Shown piece by piece: positions 1-13,703 of a DNA stretch of 63,751 bases. Both the position numbers and the translations under genes were made by a program. Under the pieces are notes generated by a model. It did no database searches and was not told where the DNA came from. It saw nothing but the letters and a program-made list of their open reading frames with translations. Position 1 is the stretch's first letter. The number at the start of each line of letters is the position of its first letter. Origin of the DNA: Octopus bimaculoides (Eukaryota); contig NC_068993.1 in NCBI RefSeq assembly GCF_001194135.2, positions 5,956,001 through 6,019,751 on the forward strand, in the 5' to 3' direction.

Positions 1-31
1 TATTGGCAGACGCCCAGGGAAGGAAAGAAAG

Positions 32-69
32 ATGGTAACGTTTCGAGCAGATGCTCTTCTTCGGAAACA
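32..69 (-). ncRNA. Decayed Penelope-type minimal hammerhead ribozyme motif
   Basis: Minus strand reads TGTTT CCGAAGA A GAGC-ATCT-GCTC GAAAC GTT. Stem II is perfect, the core has U4C, and the 3' arm of stem I is degenerate. Confidence 0.55.
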
Positions 70-848
70 GAGGAAAGGCCAATAGAAAGGAAGATGGAGG
101 ACGAAAATCGTCAACGATTCACCCCCCACACACACACAATTAAGAATGCATATACATTCCTACTGCCTTACAGTTTTATTCCCTCAATTATTTTTATTCA
201 CTCCTCTCTTTCATTTCATCCTGTAGCCATTTGTTCTCATCTACTACAATTGGCTACTTGTAAATGCGTAGATTCATAGTCAAACGCCGAGAAAGTGTTG
301 TGTATGTACGTCCAACGTAACCGTTCATTTCGGGAACTTTACTACTCCCATGTTTGCGTTGAAATTTTTCCGACAAATTAGTCGCCTGAAGTATGTTCGG
401 TGGCTCCCAGTATTGTGATTTCATGTTGAAGACAATGTTTTCATTCTAGTCTTTTTATAACATGTTCTATTGTTAATTTGTAATTGAATCTTATGCATAA
501 TGATTCTGTCTTATAAGTATTTTTGTTTAATACGACTCCCATTCATTTTCTAACTAAAGTGTATTTAGTTCACGTAGTACAATGTACGTATTGCTTCTTT
601 CTATCCGACTTTGTATTGTTGCATATTTTATATATATGGAGGTGGAGGGAGGGGCGAATTTGTTTTTCTATTGTTCTAATGCTTTGTCTACTGACTTGGC
701 TCTATAGCGATTGTTGATTAGTGTTGCTGTTTAATTTTATTGATTTCATTACGTAATGCGTCTTTTGTGGATGAGAATCTGAAGGCTTTTCGCTGAACAG
801 TTTTTATTACTACTAACATACAGCACCCACATAAACAACCCTCCCTAT

Positions 849-915
<67 letters not shown>

Positions 916-1079
916 GTATATAGTATTATCTTCTACATGCTTCAGTTATTAGATTGCGACCATGCTGAAGCCCTGTCGTGAAGTATTTTAGCCGAACGAA
1001 CCAACTCCAATACTTATTTGTTTTAAGCCTGACACTTAGTCTATCGGTCTCTTTTCTGAACCTCAAAGTCACGGTGAGT

Positions 1080-1210
1080 AATTGGTACTTGTTTTATCGA
1101 TCCCGAAAAGATGAAAGGCAAAGTCGACCTCGGCGGAATTTGAACTCAGAACGCAAATACCACCAAGCATTTCACCCGGCGTACTAACGATTCTACCAGC
1201 TCGCTACCTT
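1080..1210 (-). mobile_element. SINE family A (tRNA-derived head plus GTCGACTTTGCCTTTCATCCTTTCGGGGTCGATAAA body), 3'-truncated copy
   Basis: Near-identical to about 14 other copies in the window, with a B-box-like GAGTTCAAATTCC. Confidence 0.85.
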
Positions 1211-1390
1211 ATTAGGTTACATAATAATTGACATTACTTTGAATCGAACTGGTGTTCCAGATTGAGGGTATGACTACACAGCAGAAAGTTAGCCTATAAT
1301 CTACGGTGCTCAACCTAATTTTTTTGGCATGTAGTGTAACATGGATGTCAACTATTTGTGTCTTTGAAGATTTATAAAGAGAGGGAGAGA

Positions 1391-1435
<45 letters not shown>

Positions 1436-2357
1436 NNNNNNNNNNNNNNNNNNNNNNNNNNNNNNNNNNNNNNNNNNNGAGAGAGAGAATATAATGAGAT
1501 TTGAATACTAAGATGTGTGTAATTCTAACTCTTGTCTCGTGTTTCCTTTGTGAAAAGGTTTATTAATGTTTCTATCGATTTCGTTAAAAGACAAAAAAAA
1601 AAAAGTTATTGTTTATTTAAACAACAAACAAATGAAATTTCAATCAAATCATTCTCTATCATCCTTAAAATGGAAGAACACATTGGATAATGTACGCCAA
1701 AATACATTATGCCAGTGAAAGAAAATGGGTTGGCTGTTAATGGTCAAAACGCTTTTGATAATTTGTTATTGTTGTTGTTGCTGTTGTTGTTCTTTAGTGT
1801 TAGATTAGCTTTCATCGAACAGATCTATGATAAAAGATCTTCCAGCCGTGACCATCCCGAAATCGACTTTGACAGTTCGTGCGAATATTCTCATGTGCCG
1901 CTTCCGTTGTTTTAAATTTGTTTTTTCATAACCCATGTTATTCAACGCGATTTTATCAAAAAGACGATAGCAGGTGCTTTGAGGTAAATTTGGCTACCAT
2001 ACGTGGCAGGTCAAATGGCCACGTAGAAGCTCCTCTTGTTGCTGCGTTGATCATGAATCTGAGAGAGGTAGAGTTATCAGAACAGAACGTTCTATAACGG
2101 AAGACTTACTACGAGGTGTGATCAACCTGATGAGAATTACGGTCATCGAAACAAAACGTTCCACAATGGAAGACTTGCTATGAGCTACGATCACACATAT
2201 TTCTTTTCACATCGTGTATCCGAAATCAATTTAATCTTGTCAAGCGCTAGAGGGAGACAAACATGTGCCCTAAGATACACACGCACACACGGTAACTTAC
2301 TCCCACATACACGCACGCACGCACACACACACACACACACACACATGTATATAGAAA

Positions 2358-2389
<32 letters not shown>

Positions 2390-2431
2390 NNNNNNNNNNC
2401 ACACACACACACACACACATGTATATAGAAA

Positions 2432-2478
<47 letters not shown>

Positions 2479-3266
2479 GGAGGGCTTCTACACAGTTTCC
2501 CTTTACCAAATTCCCTCACAAGGCATCTTATCCTGAGGCTTTTGTAGAAAACATTTGCTCGACGTAATGCGCAGTGGGATTGAACCCATGACCACACGGT
2601 TGCAATGACCCCAAAACACTTACTATATAAATGTTTTTAGCCGTTGTAAAATTAAAAGCATGACTAGCTACAGCAGGATTCGAAACCACGAAGGTTGTGA
2701 GTGATAACAAGAAACAAAAAAATCACTTTTCCAGAAGAACCAATCTGACAACTTTAGAAGAATGGATTGCAATTTATTTAAGGTATTGGTTGGCAGAATT
2801 AGTTCTTTGAGGTGGGAGTTGAAACCCTTGTGGTATTTAGTCATGGTATCTTTTATTCTGAAATTAAATCTCGTTTGAAAGGATATTTTATCTTTCATCC
2901 TCGTGGGAATAATCAATACCGGGAGATCGATTCAATTGATTGCTTTTCTTAAACATTAAGGCCATTGCGCCTATGTGAGGAATCCTTATAATCCACTGAG
3001 ATTAATTATCGCTAAAATATTTCAAAAATTTGTAATTATAGCGTGGGCGACATGCATTAGCTATTCAGAAAAACACAAAAACTTTTGACATCACACAGAC
3101 CGAGTTGCTTTTCTTACATTTTAGTAGCTCGTCCATGCTCTAACACCACCTTGTTTTGAGTCACACAGGAAGTCTATAAAAGAGTGTATCTCGCGACTTG
3201 GCTTATTTTAATTGAGTTTTTGAACTCAGAACGTAAAGGCAGACGAAATATCGCTAAGCAATCGTT

Positions 3267-3486
3267 TCTTTTCTACTTTAGGTACAAGGCCCGAAATTTT
3301 AGGGGAGAGGGGTCCAGTCGATTAGATCAACCCCAGTATTCAACTGGTACTTAATTTATCGACCCCCAAAAGGATGAAAGGCAAAGTTGACCTCGGCGAG
3401 ATCTGAAGACAGAAGGAGATGCGTCGAAAGAAATGCGGCTAAGCGTTTTATCTGATGTATTAACAATTCTGCTAGCTCGCCGCCAT
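3267..3486 (-). mobile_element. SINE family A, near full length
   Basis: Head, body and tail (gggccttgtacctaaagtagaaaaga) present; an extra head fragment lies at 3221-3260. Confidence 0.85.
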
Positions 3487-4518
3487 TGGTAATTCCAAAT
3501 TTTGGCATAACATCTTCAGAAAATAATGCTCTGAATTCATGAATACTTAACTATTACATAGAAGTGGCGAAATGTCAAAGTCGGTGGAGTGTTGGAGTGA
3601 GTGCTTTGTGGTATTCCTTTTGGTCCACTACAAACTGGGTTCAAGTCCTGCCAAATTCATATACTCACGAAATCCTAACAATCGAGACCTCTTTTCTTTT
3701 GTAAAACGGTAGCATATGATTTAAAAAGGGAGATTTGGTTGATATTTCCAGCTGATTGAGTGACCGTATTTGGCGCACCCCTCATTAGAAACTAACATAG
3801 CTATGCATACACAATATCGAGTGATACCAGTATGAAAATGGCCTCACTCACTATTGCTTTATCACTTCAGTTTGAAGATTAATCATCATTTTGGGTGAAT
3901 ATTTGATAACGAAAGCCTCTCACGAAGACAGATACAGAGACAAAAGCAACAGCAAATGAAAAACAACTGCACAAACATAACGGTTCAGAAAACACAATTG
4001 CAGTTTGCGTTATGTCTTTTAAGCATTTTCCATTTATACTCTCATGTTTACTGTCACTACTCTATGACGACGACGACGATTACGAGTAGCACTATCTTCA
4101 TCGTAGCTACCACCATCATCATCATCATCATCATCATCACCTCCACTGTCACCACAATCGCCACCACCACTATCATCTCACCCCCACCCCACTGCGCTGC
4201 AACCACCACCGCTGCAACTACAACAGTAACCATCACCACCACTTCCACCGCCATCTCGCAACCACCATCACTCACCACCACCACCACCACCCACCACCAC
4301 CGCCGCCGCCGTCACAGTATGATGCCAACTCTTCCAGTTACAACAAACATCATCGTCACCACCAACAACCACATCAACAACAGATTATTCTTTTATAAAC
4401 AATGGTAAATCTTTCTTCTTCTTGTTATCAACTCTTTTGTTCTGAGAAGAACGTTACAGTTTAATTAAGCAGAGAATGGAACTCGCGCAAACCCGTTTCT
4501 CACCTCCCCCCCCCTCTC

Positions 4519-4630
4519 TTATTCCCTCTCTCTCTTATTCCCTCTCTCTCTTATTCCCTCTCTCTCTTATTCCCTCTCTCTCTTATTCCCTCTCTCTCTT
4601 ATTCCCTCTCTCTCTTATTCCCTCTCTCTC
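4519..4630. repeat. 16-bp minisatellite (TTATTCCCTCTCTCTC) x7
   Basis: Units start at 4519, 4535, 4551, 4567, 4583, 4599 and 4615. Confidence 0.9.
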
Positions 4631-5558
4631 TCTCTCCGTCCCTCTCTCCCTCCTTTCCCCCCAGTCTGTCTCTCTGTCTCTCTCTAACTTACCTTTTTCC
4701 TCTTTGTCTATCCGATTGTCTTTCTGTCTCTCTGTCTCTTCGATATCTGTCTCCCTCCCTCCCTCTCCCTTTGTCTGTCTGTCTCCCCTGTCTCTTTCTC
4801 TCCCTCTCTTCTCTCTCTTTGCACTTATCATCATAATTGTTATTCATTTCTCAACAAGTTTCTCCGTATCTATACAACGACCAGATATTCGGTGCTTGCT
4901 TTCAACATTCACGAAACTGTGAGACACCTACCAGAACCAGATTCGTGGCATTGGTGAATAATAATTTGAATTTTAGCAATTCCAAAATCTACGTAAAAAC
5001 TTATTATATTCGATTTTGTGCGATCTCTTCATCGATATGCTATCTATATCTATAAAGTCCCATATAGTTTATATCTTCTTCGTTTTCAGACATCTGAATC
5101 GCTTTAACTGCGATGGTATTTGAATGGTGAATAGCAAATTCTATCACTACGTAGTACAATGCATTCCTCGGACACTCTCCCGATTCTGAGAAAACAGCAA
5201 TAAGACATGTGGAACAACAATAAGTTATGTGGAAGAACAGCGTAAGAATTATAACCCCACAATTCCATTTTTCTTAAATTTCAGTGATCAATTCATAAAT
5301 AAATAAATAAATACAATATACGTGTGGCATACATCAATGGTAAGAATAAAATTAATTAAAAGGTGAAATATTTATAGACATCATTCTAAACAAAATAATT
5401 AAAACTGATGTTCGATTTATCTTGTTTATTCTGTAATATATTACAGATTTTCAAAGAGTTGTCTTAAAAAAATATGCACCATCCATTTCTACCATCTCTC
5501 TTTCACTCTCACTATCTCTCTCTCTATCTATCTATCTATCTATCTGTCTGTCTATCTA

Positions 5559-5596
<38 letters not shown>

Positions 5597-5665
5597 ATTC
5601 TATCGCTGTGTCATTAATTACGTTTCTCTATGTAATTATCATCCCACATAACAGACGACCATTGT

Positions 5666-5850
5666 AACACACAGGAGGAATCATGGGTTCCCAGAGTCAC
5701 AGAGTCAGAGTCGGTGTGAGTCTTAGGAACCCACATGGGTAATGATGCAACATTCCATGTGCATGTTACCAAAATGGCAAAACTGTCCAGACGAGTAACT
5801 GGATAGATTCTGAGATCATTCGGAACCAGACAAAGCGAGATCCCATGCTT
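5666..5850 (+). mobile_element. CR1/L2-group LINE reverse-transcriptase C-terminal fragment
   Basis: Translates ESESV*VLGTHMGNDATFHVHVTKMAKLSRRVTG*ILRSFGTR, matching the V(K/R)DLG...F..H....GWILRTF pattern of CR1-like ORF2. Confidence 0.7.
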
Positions 5851-7044
5851 TTATACACACACGCACGCATACACGCATACACACACAAGTATGTATGTAT
5901 ATACATACATATATATACATATATATATGTGTGTGTGTCTATATATATGCATGTATGTGTATATACTCTGTCTTTTATTCGTATTTTTAATCCCTGTCTC
6001 TTCTCTTCCTCCCTGTTGGTGGAATATTACATAATATACAACACACGCATAGTCAAATACGCATACATCCAAACACAAACGTGCACACACACTCCCTGTA
6101 CACATATACACCCACGCACATACAGATACATATATCATGTTATACAACGAGCTGTTTTACGTGTCATGTGTGCATATGTGAGTATTTGTGTGATCAGAGA
6201 CCGAAAAAGGGTAGGAGGAAGGATGAGACGAAAGTGAAAGAAAGGAAGTGCAGAGAAGTTGGAGAGAGCGGAAAACGAGCGGTTGTGAAAACAAAATGGA
6301 GGAAAGCAGACGATACTTTGCGTCACGTAAAGGAAAGAACAGTTGATAGATTACGTGATCAACAGTTAGAAAAAGAAGTAAACACAATTTTAGATTTGTT
6401 TTGTTTGTTACTTGCTTGTTTTTAAGGTGTGTCATACTTGTAATTTTTATGTTGTTATTTGCAGACAATCGATTCTCTTGTCTGTAGATCAGCTTTTACA
6501 CGAGCTTTCTGTGTACTTGATTTTCCTTCCTCCGCGTCGTATTAGAACAAGTTTCTCAGTCAAATTGCTCTAGAAACCTCTATGGAGTCACTCAATCTGC
6601 TGGAAAAAGCAACCAAATTTTCCACAAATCAAAGATCAAGAAGTAATGAATAAAAACGGTCTTTCATGAAGTCGGAGATTATCCGGGTTTTTCCAAGATG
6701 TTTTGGGAACTGAGTCAACAAAACACTCGGCTCCTACTGGAACGGGACGCTAGTCCTTCGCAGGAGTAACCTCTCGGTGCCACTAACATTTATTTCCGAC
6801 TCCACAGGTGCAACGTGAAATGAAGTCTTCTGCTCAGGAGTACAACGTTCTGCTTCGTCTGAGTATCGAACTCACGACCTTAGTGATCCTGAAACCACTA
6901 TCCCTTGTTTAGTTAAAAGATCACGTGCCTTCACAAATCTAACCCCACCGTCTTAAAGACAAAACAAAAACATCAAAAAGAACGCTTATGTTGGGTAAAC
7001 ACTAAAATATCCGACACACAAACGCGGTGTTTCAATCCCTGCCT

Positions 7045-7245
7045 CTTCTACCAATTCCACAACAATTTATGCATCAAATCAGGTTAGTTGCGCATCAAAT
7101 TTTTTCAAGCCCGCTCAAGACCCTCTCCTATCTTCCACACGCCAACCTTTCTAAATGCCAACTCCTCGGGTTTCTCCCGGCCCTCGCGCTAACTATTTTG
7201 CCTTTATTTCTTCTTTCCAATCCAGAACGTCAGATTGCAGTTTAA
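7045..7245 (+). mobile_element. Possible L2/Crack-like LINE ORF2 3' remnant
   Basis: Frameshifted pieces LFYQFHNNLC and RANYFAFISSFQSRTS resemble LFYRYY.G.C...R..HY..SFFPRT. Confidence 0.35.
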
Positions 7246-7384
7246 ATATAAAAGACTCTTCAGAATATGGTACGGCAGAAGAACCTCCCACGTTTCCAAT
7301 GCATATTAATTAGTAATGTTAGACAATTGGCAATATTGCATTCATGTAGCTACTGTTTTACCGTTTCCTTTCTTTTAGTTGTTA

Positions 7385-7445
7385 ATATGGTTTGGATCGC
7401 CGCACACCAAGCGTTTACTGTTGAAACTTATGCGAACTTATAAAA
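7385..7445 (+). mobile_element. Possible N-terminal fragment of a DUF4817-type transposase
   Basis: MVWIAAHQAFTVETY resembles M.W...HRAF.VETY; very short. Confidence 0.3.
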
Positions 7446-8227
7446 CGTCGAAGTTTTTTTTTTACCGTACCTTGTACCACCATCTTACTCGTTTAATAAA
7501 AATGTACATTCTTAAGAATTATAGACATAAAACTGAACTAAAATCCTCACACCAACAAAAAACATCGATACTGCAATAAAAAAAAAATGAATCACCAATC
7601 ACCACCAACATTAATAATAGCGCCATCTGTAAATACTAAATGGTAGACAAGCGCAAACAACTTCTAGTGTGTTGTCATCAATTTAAAATGACGTCCGTTA
7701 AAAGACAACTTGCTGTCGACAAATTTAATTTAAACTCAGCGTTTACATTGATAAATGTCAATTTCTGGCTAAAATTCTACAGAAGAATCATGTCTATGTG
7801 TGATTGGTATCTTTTATGATAAATTTTCATGAAGTATTTATGTGGCTAATTGGGGTTGGGTGGGTCGGTCGCGTGGCTGGGTGTCTGTGCTGTTAGCTTA
7901 TACTTACGTATCTGCCATACGTGCATACATACATGAATACATAAATACATATGCATATACATACACTACGTACACACCCTGATACATACAAACACACCAC
8001 ACAGGAGTACATATATTCTTTTATTCATTTATTCGTTGTTTCAGTCACAGGACTGTCTCATGCTGGAGCATTACACCTTGTTAAACAAGCAACGCTGCGA
8101 AATATACGTGTTAAAGTATATAGATAGACCTAAACTTGTGCGTGTGTGTGCACGCGTGCATGTGTATGCATGCTTTGTATGCGCACACGCCACACACACA
8201 CACACATACACAGACACNNNNNNNNNN

Positions 8228-8281
<54 letters not shown>

Positions 8282-8834
8282 AGGTGCATATGAAGCTAAA
8301 CAGTACAACTTTAGTTCATTTAAGCGAGATATTTAAATATTTAGACACTAAGTGTGGACAAACTCTGAAGAAGTGATCGAGGTTATGTCTACTATGAGAA
8401 TTACAAACAAAAGAAATCAAGAAGAATAAGCCAAAAATCAACGCATAAACAAAATCTTGAATATTTACAAGACGTTACTTCGTGTAATTTTAAGAAGTTT
8501 CGGCGACCTTTTACTGCGAGGGTCGACCTTGGACTAAAGATTTAACTCCCATAGTGTTATGTAGCATTGGTGACATCATGAGGTGTGATATATAATTGAC
8601 CAAGCAGTTACTTTATCTGTCACAAGGAATATAATGTCTGTCTTAGAAATGTACTGAAGAATACCATCAGAATTTTCTATAGGAAGAATATAAAATGCCA
8701 GGAATCTTACGTTTATGACACAGACATGAATTCGTAGGAAGTCAGTTTCTTAAATAACATGCAGAAAATTTTTGGCGCCTTAGTTACTCTTTGTACCTTT
8801 TTGCAGATTAATGATATAATATAATAATACACAA

Positions 8835-8895
<61 letters not shown>

Positions 8896-8901
8896 TATAG
8901 T

Positions 8902-9125
8902 GGAGGCGCGTGGCTTAGTGTGTCAGTATCATTATCGTAAGATTGTGGTTTCGATTCCTGGACGCGTTGTGTTCTTGAGCAAAACACTTCATTTCACGTT
9001 GCTCCAGTCCACTCAGCTGGCAAAAATGAGTAACGCTGCGATGGACTGGCGTCCCATCCAGGTGGGGAACACATACGCCATAGAAATCGGGAAACCAGGC
9101 CCATGAGCCTGGATAGGCTTTAAAA
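8902..9125 (+). mobile_element. SINE family B (tRNA head plus CORE-like cttgagcaaaacactt...ccagtccactcagctg)
   Basis: A-box ggcgcgtggcttagtg and B-box ggtttcgattcc; homologous to 12535-12842 (+) and 6720-6895 (-). The CORE assignment is from recall. Confidence 0.8.
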
Positions 9126-9351
9126 AGGTGCATTTATTTATTTTAATTTTATATATATATATGTATGTATGCAAACGTATATATATTTATATATATATGT
9201 ACATATATATAAAATATATATAGATACACGTTTATTTATACATATGCATATATATACCTACATACATACATGCATACATATATGCACCACACACACACAC
9301 ACATCCATAAGCACATGTCTATAAATATATACTCGCACCCCTACAGAGATG

Positions 9352-9407
<56 letters not shown>

Positions 9408-10199
9408 AACGAACAAGTATCTGCGAAATTTATCGTTTACAACAGAATTCGCCAATAATGGAACTGGCTATAAAACTACGTTTCTTCACCAATATGCGAC
9501 ACTTGTGATTGTATAGAATCACGCGCTCAACTTTAAGAAAATCTTGCCCGTTTTTATTGTATCAGTAATCGATAAGTTATGGTGATCACATATTAAGAGG
9601 TTCTGCTTTATCCGAGTTCTTTACATATTTAAGATTATTGCTTAACCAACTGTACTAATATTTATTAGTGGAATTGTGAATTTATAATAAAAGTGTATTG
9701 TATGATAGCTGTAGGTTCTGAAAGAACAGCTGTCCGAAATATTTTAATGTTTGATTGAATATATCTATGTGTGTATGCTTTCACAAATATATATATGTAT
9801 ATATATATATTGTGTGTATGTGTGTGTACACGTATGTTAGTTTATGTCATGTGAAAAAGAGATGAGTGCTCAATATAAATTTTAGAGGATATGTCTTTTT
9901 TGTTGATCTGAAACGACTCAAGATTTAAAACTGTGATCTTCAGGCGAAGAGACGATGACGTCTGACGATCGCTGGATCTTGAACCGCGAGTGGCGAGTGG
10001 AGGAGCCGGTCTAGTCGGCGACTACTCGGCCATGAAGCAGTTAGTACACATGAAGTAATTATACAAAGCTAAATAAAAGATTATAAGGACAATAAAATAC
10101 AATTAAAGCTGTGTCATTAATATTTAGTCTGCCATGGTTGGATTAGAACACCCGATGTCTTCGACCAACTTCCTCTTCTGGTTATCCTCATTTGAGCTG

Positions 10200-10400
10200 T
10201 TATATCTACATTAGTCCTCAACCGGGTCATTGGGGGAATCTATTCGAAAAAGTTTTATCGTACAGATATATTCTAAGAAGTGAGAGGCTATTGGTGAATG
10301 CTTCATCAATAATCCACCATTTCCTTGTTTGAAATTGTCCAAATGTTTTTCAATAAATGTCTCAACTTTGACATTGAATGGCTCGTCCACTGCACCACTA
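10200..10400 (-). mobile_element. Possible Polinton/Maverick-like coding remnant
   Basis: KVETFIEKHLDNFKQGN then, after a 1-nt frameshift, (G)WIIDEAFTNSLSLLRIY, recalling the F...GSGW.I..I..L.L.I..Y motif of Polinton-associated ORFs. Confidence 0.3.
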
Positions 10401-10469
10401 TTGCGAAATTGTGAACTCATGGACGGTTTTTCTTTCTGAGGTGTGGGTTGTCCTAAGGGAGTTCCGCCA

Positions 10470-10652
10470 GACAAAATGTTTAGCAGTATTTCATCCGTCT
10501 TTACATTCTGAGTTCAAATTCTGCCGAGGTCAACTTTGCCTTTCATCCTTTCGAAGTCGATAAAACGAATACCAATTTAACACTGGAGTCGTTGTGATCG
10601 ACTTCTCTCCTCTCCCGAAATTGTTGGCCTTGTGCTAAAATTGAAATCACTA
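10470..10652 (+). mobile_element. SINE family A
   Basis: ttctgagttcaaattctgccgaggtcaactttgcctttcatcctttcgaagtcgataaa plus tail. Confidence 0.85.
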
Positions 10653-10669
10653 TAAAGGGATGGAGACAA

Positions 10670-11320
10670 TAGCTTGTACTGACAAGGAAAAGTAAGAATT
10701 CTTTCTGGCTTTAAGAAGAACATTTATCTGTTTATTACTGTTCTAATGCAAATGTGTGTGTGACCAGAGTTATTTTAGACAATTGGTTACTTAAGTGGAA
10801 TTTTGGAATTAAAACAAAATTGTTTTGTCAGTTAACAATTTACGGCACACAGATGTAATTTCTAATTAAAGAATACTCAATTAATTTTCTTTCCTTCAAA
10901 CACTACATCGTTAATTCAGCCATGAAACTAAAGAATCATACAAGCCTTAAAGGCTTATTAAAGAAATTTGTTCACGAATTTCAACCGAATTCAACGATAT
11001 TCAAAACTAATCAGATGTAAATAGAATTATTAAACGGATTTCCCTTTCTCGAGGCATTGCATATGTTAAGCAATTGCCCTGGAAGCAACTCTCAAAGAGG
11101 ACTATTGCAAATTGCTACAAAACAGTACTACTGTTAATGAAGAATTAGAGCTTATCTTATTACAAATGAAATTCTTGGTAGAACCCTAAGTGTGATGAGC
11201 AGAAAGAAGTATTTTGACAGAGGTTGACCATTGATGACGAAGTTTGAGAGGAAGATGCAACGGAAGTGTCGGAAATATATTAAGGTGTTTCTATTGATGT
11301 AAATTCTACATTAAAAGAAA
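10670..11320 (+). mobile_element. pogo/Tigger (CENP-B/DDE_1) transposase remnant
   Basis: LSVYYCSNANVCVTRVILDNWL (10724), FFPSNTTSLIQP*N*RIIQALKAY (10887) and LEALHML..WKQLSKRTIANCYK (11048-11120), in the correct order with stops and frameshifts. Confidence 0.8.
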
Positions 11321-11605
11321 AACAGAAAGAAAATCATTAGAAGGCTTCCAGCAGAGCCTTCAACTAATCCTCTGTTGGGTAAAATTCTAAATATACTTCG
11401 TCACAGCATAGAACATCGACCAACAGCATTTCAAAAGCATTATGAATAACAACAATTTATTAATAAACGACTAAATGTAAACAGTATAAAATCGCCAGTG
11501 GATTGGTTGAATCGTTTATTTTGAAATTGAATATTTTTAAATTGCTCAAGTATATTAAATTAATAAGTTAAAAATCAATAATTCTCATACTAATATTTTG
11601 CGTAT

Positions 11606-11808
11606 AGACGGTGAGGTGGCAGAATCGTTAGAACGCCAAAATGCATAGAAGTGTTTCGCCCATCTTCACGTTCTGAGTTCAAATTCCGCCGAGGTCGACT
11701 TTGCCTTTCTTCCTTTCGGGGTCGATAAAATAATTACCAGTTGGTAGGGGTCAATGTAAAGGACTTCCTCATCCCCCAATCCTGCTGGTCTTGTGCCAAA
11801 ACTTAAAA
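11606..11808 (+). mobile_element. SINE family A, near full length
   Basis: A-box-like ggtgaggtggcagaatcg, B-box-like gagttcaaattcc, body and tail. Confidence 0.88.
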
Positions 11809-12289
11809 AAGAATGGATTTTTATGTAAAGTTGTTATAAAAATGGATTAAAACTAATTAGAAATGTTAGACGTTCTGTGAAATACGTGATATGTTCGTTT
11901 TTACCATAACATATAAAATAAATACNNNNNNNNNNNNNNNNNNNNNNNNNNNNNNNNNNNNNNNNNNNNNNNNNNNNNNNNNNNNNNNNNNNNNNNNNNN
12001 NNNNNNNNNNNNNNNNNNNNNNNNNNNNNNNNNNNNNNNNNNNNNNNNNNNNNNNNNNNNNNNNNNNNNNNNNNNNNNNNNNNNNNNNNNNNNNNNNNNN
12101 NNNNNNNNNNNNNNNNNNNNNNNNNNNNNNNNNNNNNNNNNNNNNNNNNNNNNNNNNNNNNNNNNNNNNNNNNNNNNNNNNNNNNNNNNNNNNNNNNNNN
12201 NNNNNNNNNNNNNNNNNNNNNNNNNNNNNNNNNNNNNNNNNNNNNNNNNNNNNNNNNNNNNNNNNNNNNNNNNNNNNNNNNNNNNNNNN

Positions 12290-12325
<36 letters not shown>

Positions 12326-12534
12326 AAAAGATGTTATAACACTATTCCACATATACAAAAACAGCCATTCCAACAATCCAACATACTTCCATCATCAGCT
12401 GCCCCACGGATATCATTATGGTTTCGACATATACATATGAGTGTGTTTGTTTCCCTGCCGTCGCTTGACATCCACGCCTGCGTCTATGTATGTGAATATA
12501 CACAAATATATTCACACACTGTGTGTGTATTTAT

Positions 12535-12842
12535 GAAGGTGCGTAGGTTATTGGTTAAGGTATTCAGCCTACGATCGTTGGTTCGATATCCGGCGGCATG
12601 TTGTGTCCTTGGGCAAGACACTTTATTTCGCGCCGTTTCAGTCCACTCAGCTGCCAAAAATGAGTTGTATCAGCAATTTAAAGAACCACCCTTGTCACAT
12701 TCTGTGTCACCCTGAATCTCCCTGAGAACTACATTAAAGATCCGCATGTCTGTGGATTGCTTACACGTTAATTTCATGAGCAGGCTGTTCCGTTGATTGG
12801 ATCAACTGGAACCCTCGTCGTCGTAACCGACGGAGAGCCAGT
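12535..12842 (+). mobile_element. SINE family B
   Basis: ggttcgatatcc...tgtgtccttgggcaagacacttt...cagtccactcagctg. Confidence 0.8.
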
Positions 12843-13445
12843 TTCATTGTGTGTGTCTAGATGGCAGAGGATATGTTTTACATTTGAAGAGTAGAAATAT
12901 ATTTTGTTTGCATTCCTAATTATATTTCCATGCCTAAATAAATCGAAGTAATATCATTTTCAATTTTCGAAGAGGACAACATAACAATTGCTAATGGGTT
13001 CATCAACGAATATAGATTACTTTTAATTATTTTGAAAACGAATACATATTCACGTGTCATTCCTTAATTAATATAAAAATACATTTAGAAAGCGTTGGAT
13101 AAAAACTTTATTTTTCGTTTTAATGTGCGTTAAAAAAATAGGAGATACTGAATGTCTACTCGGAAAATATATATAAAAATAAAACCTTAAGACCTGTTTA
13201 AATATTAAAAAAAGGTATAATAAAAAAAATGAGATGAGTTGGTTTGGAAAAATCCACTCTTACGCGATTAATTATCAGAAATTTTACCAAGTACCATAAA
13301 ATCCAAATTACTTTAATTAATTGTTTTTAAAAATATGAATTTTTGTCCAATAAAGAAAAACAAACCAAAGTGTGATAGTAAAACTGGTAAAAACATAAGT
13401 ACCTTTTTTTAAAAAATGAAACTGTTGTGTATGTTTTATCGTTTA

Positions 13446-13620
13446 TCCTTTACTTGATTCTGCGGCCATGCTGGGGCATAGCCTTGAAGGGCTTGGTAGA
13501 ACAAATCGAACGCAGTACATTTTTTTTTCCAGTCTGATACTTATTATATCGGGTTTCTTTGGTCGAACCGCTATATTGTGAGGACGTAAACAAACCAACA
13601 TCAGTTGTGAAATAGTGGCT
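13446..13620. mobile_element. Interspersed repeat family C (ctgcggccatgctggggca...)
   Basis: Similar copies at 940-1075, 15935-16060, 41815-41868, 46965-47165 and 62025-62200; class not determined. Confidence 0.7.
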
Positions 13621-13703
13621 GTATACTCATACCCCACCCACCGCATATTGACCGCTAAATCCACAAGTTTTATTTATTCTCTCTCTGTTCATTTTCTCTT
13701 ATT

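Noticed and set aside
2127-2160. CTGATGA...GAAAC hammerhead-like string
   Set aside because: Stem II has only 2 bp and there is no stem I pairing. It follows a mariner-TIR-like tacgaggtgtgatcaa, so it is probably chance.
4930-5185. Kinase-like words (IAVK, VVIEFA, DFGIAK) on the minus strand
   Set aside because: They are in the wrong order and spacing and in different frames for a kinase domain.
11606-11690. tRNA-like A and B boxes here and in other SINE heads
   Set aside because: They are SINE promoters attached to repeat bodies, with no cloverleaf.
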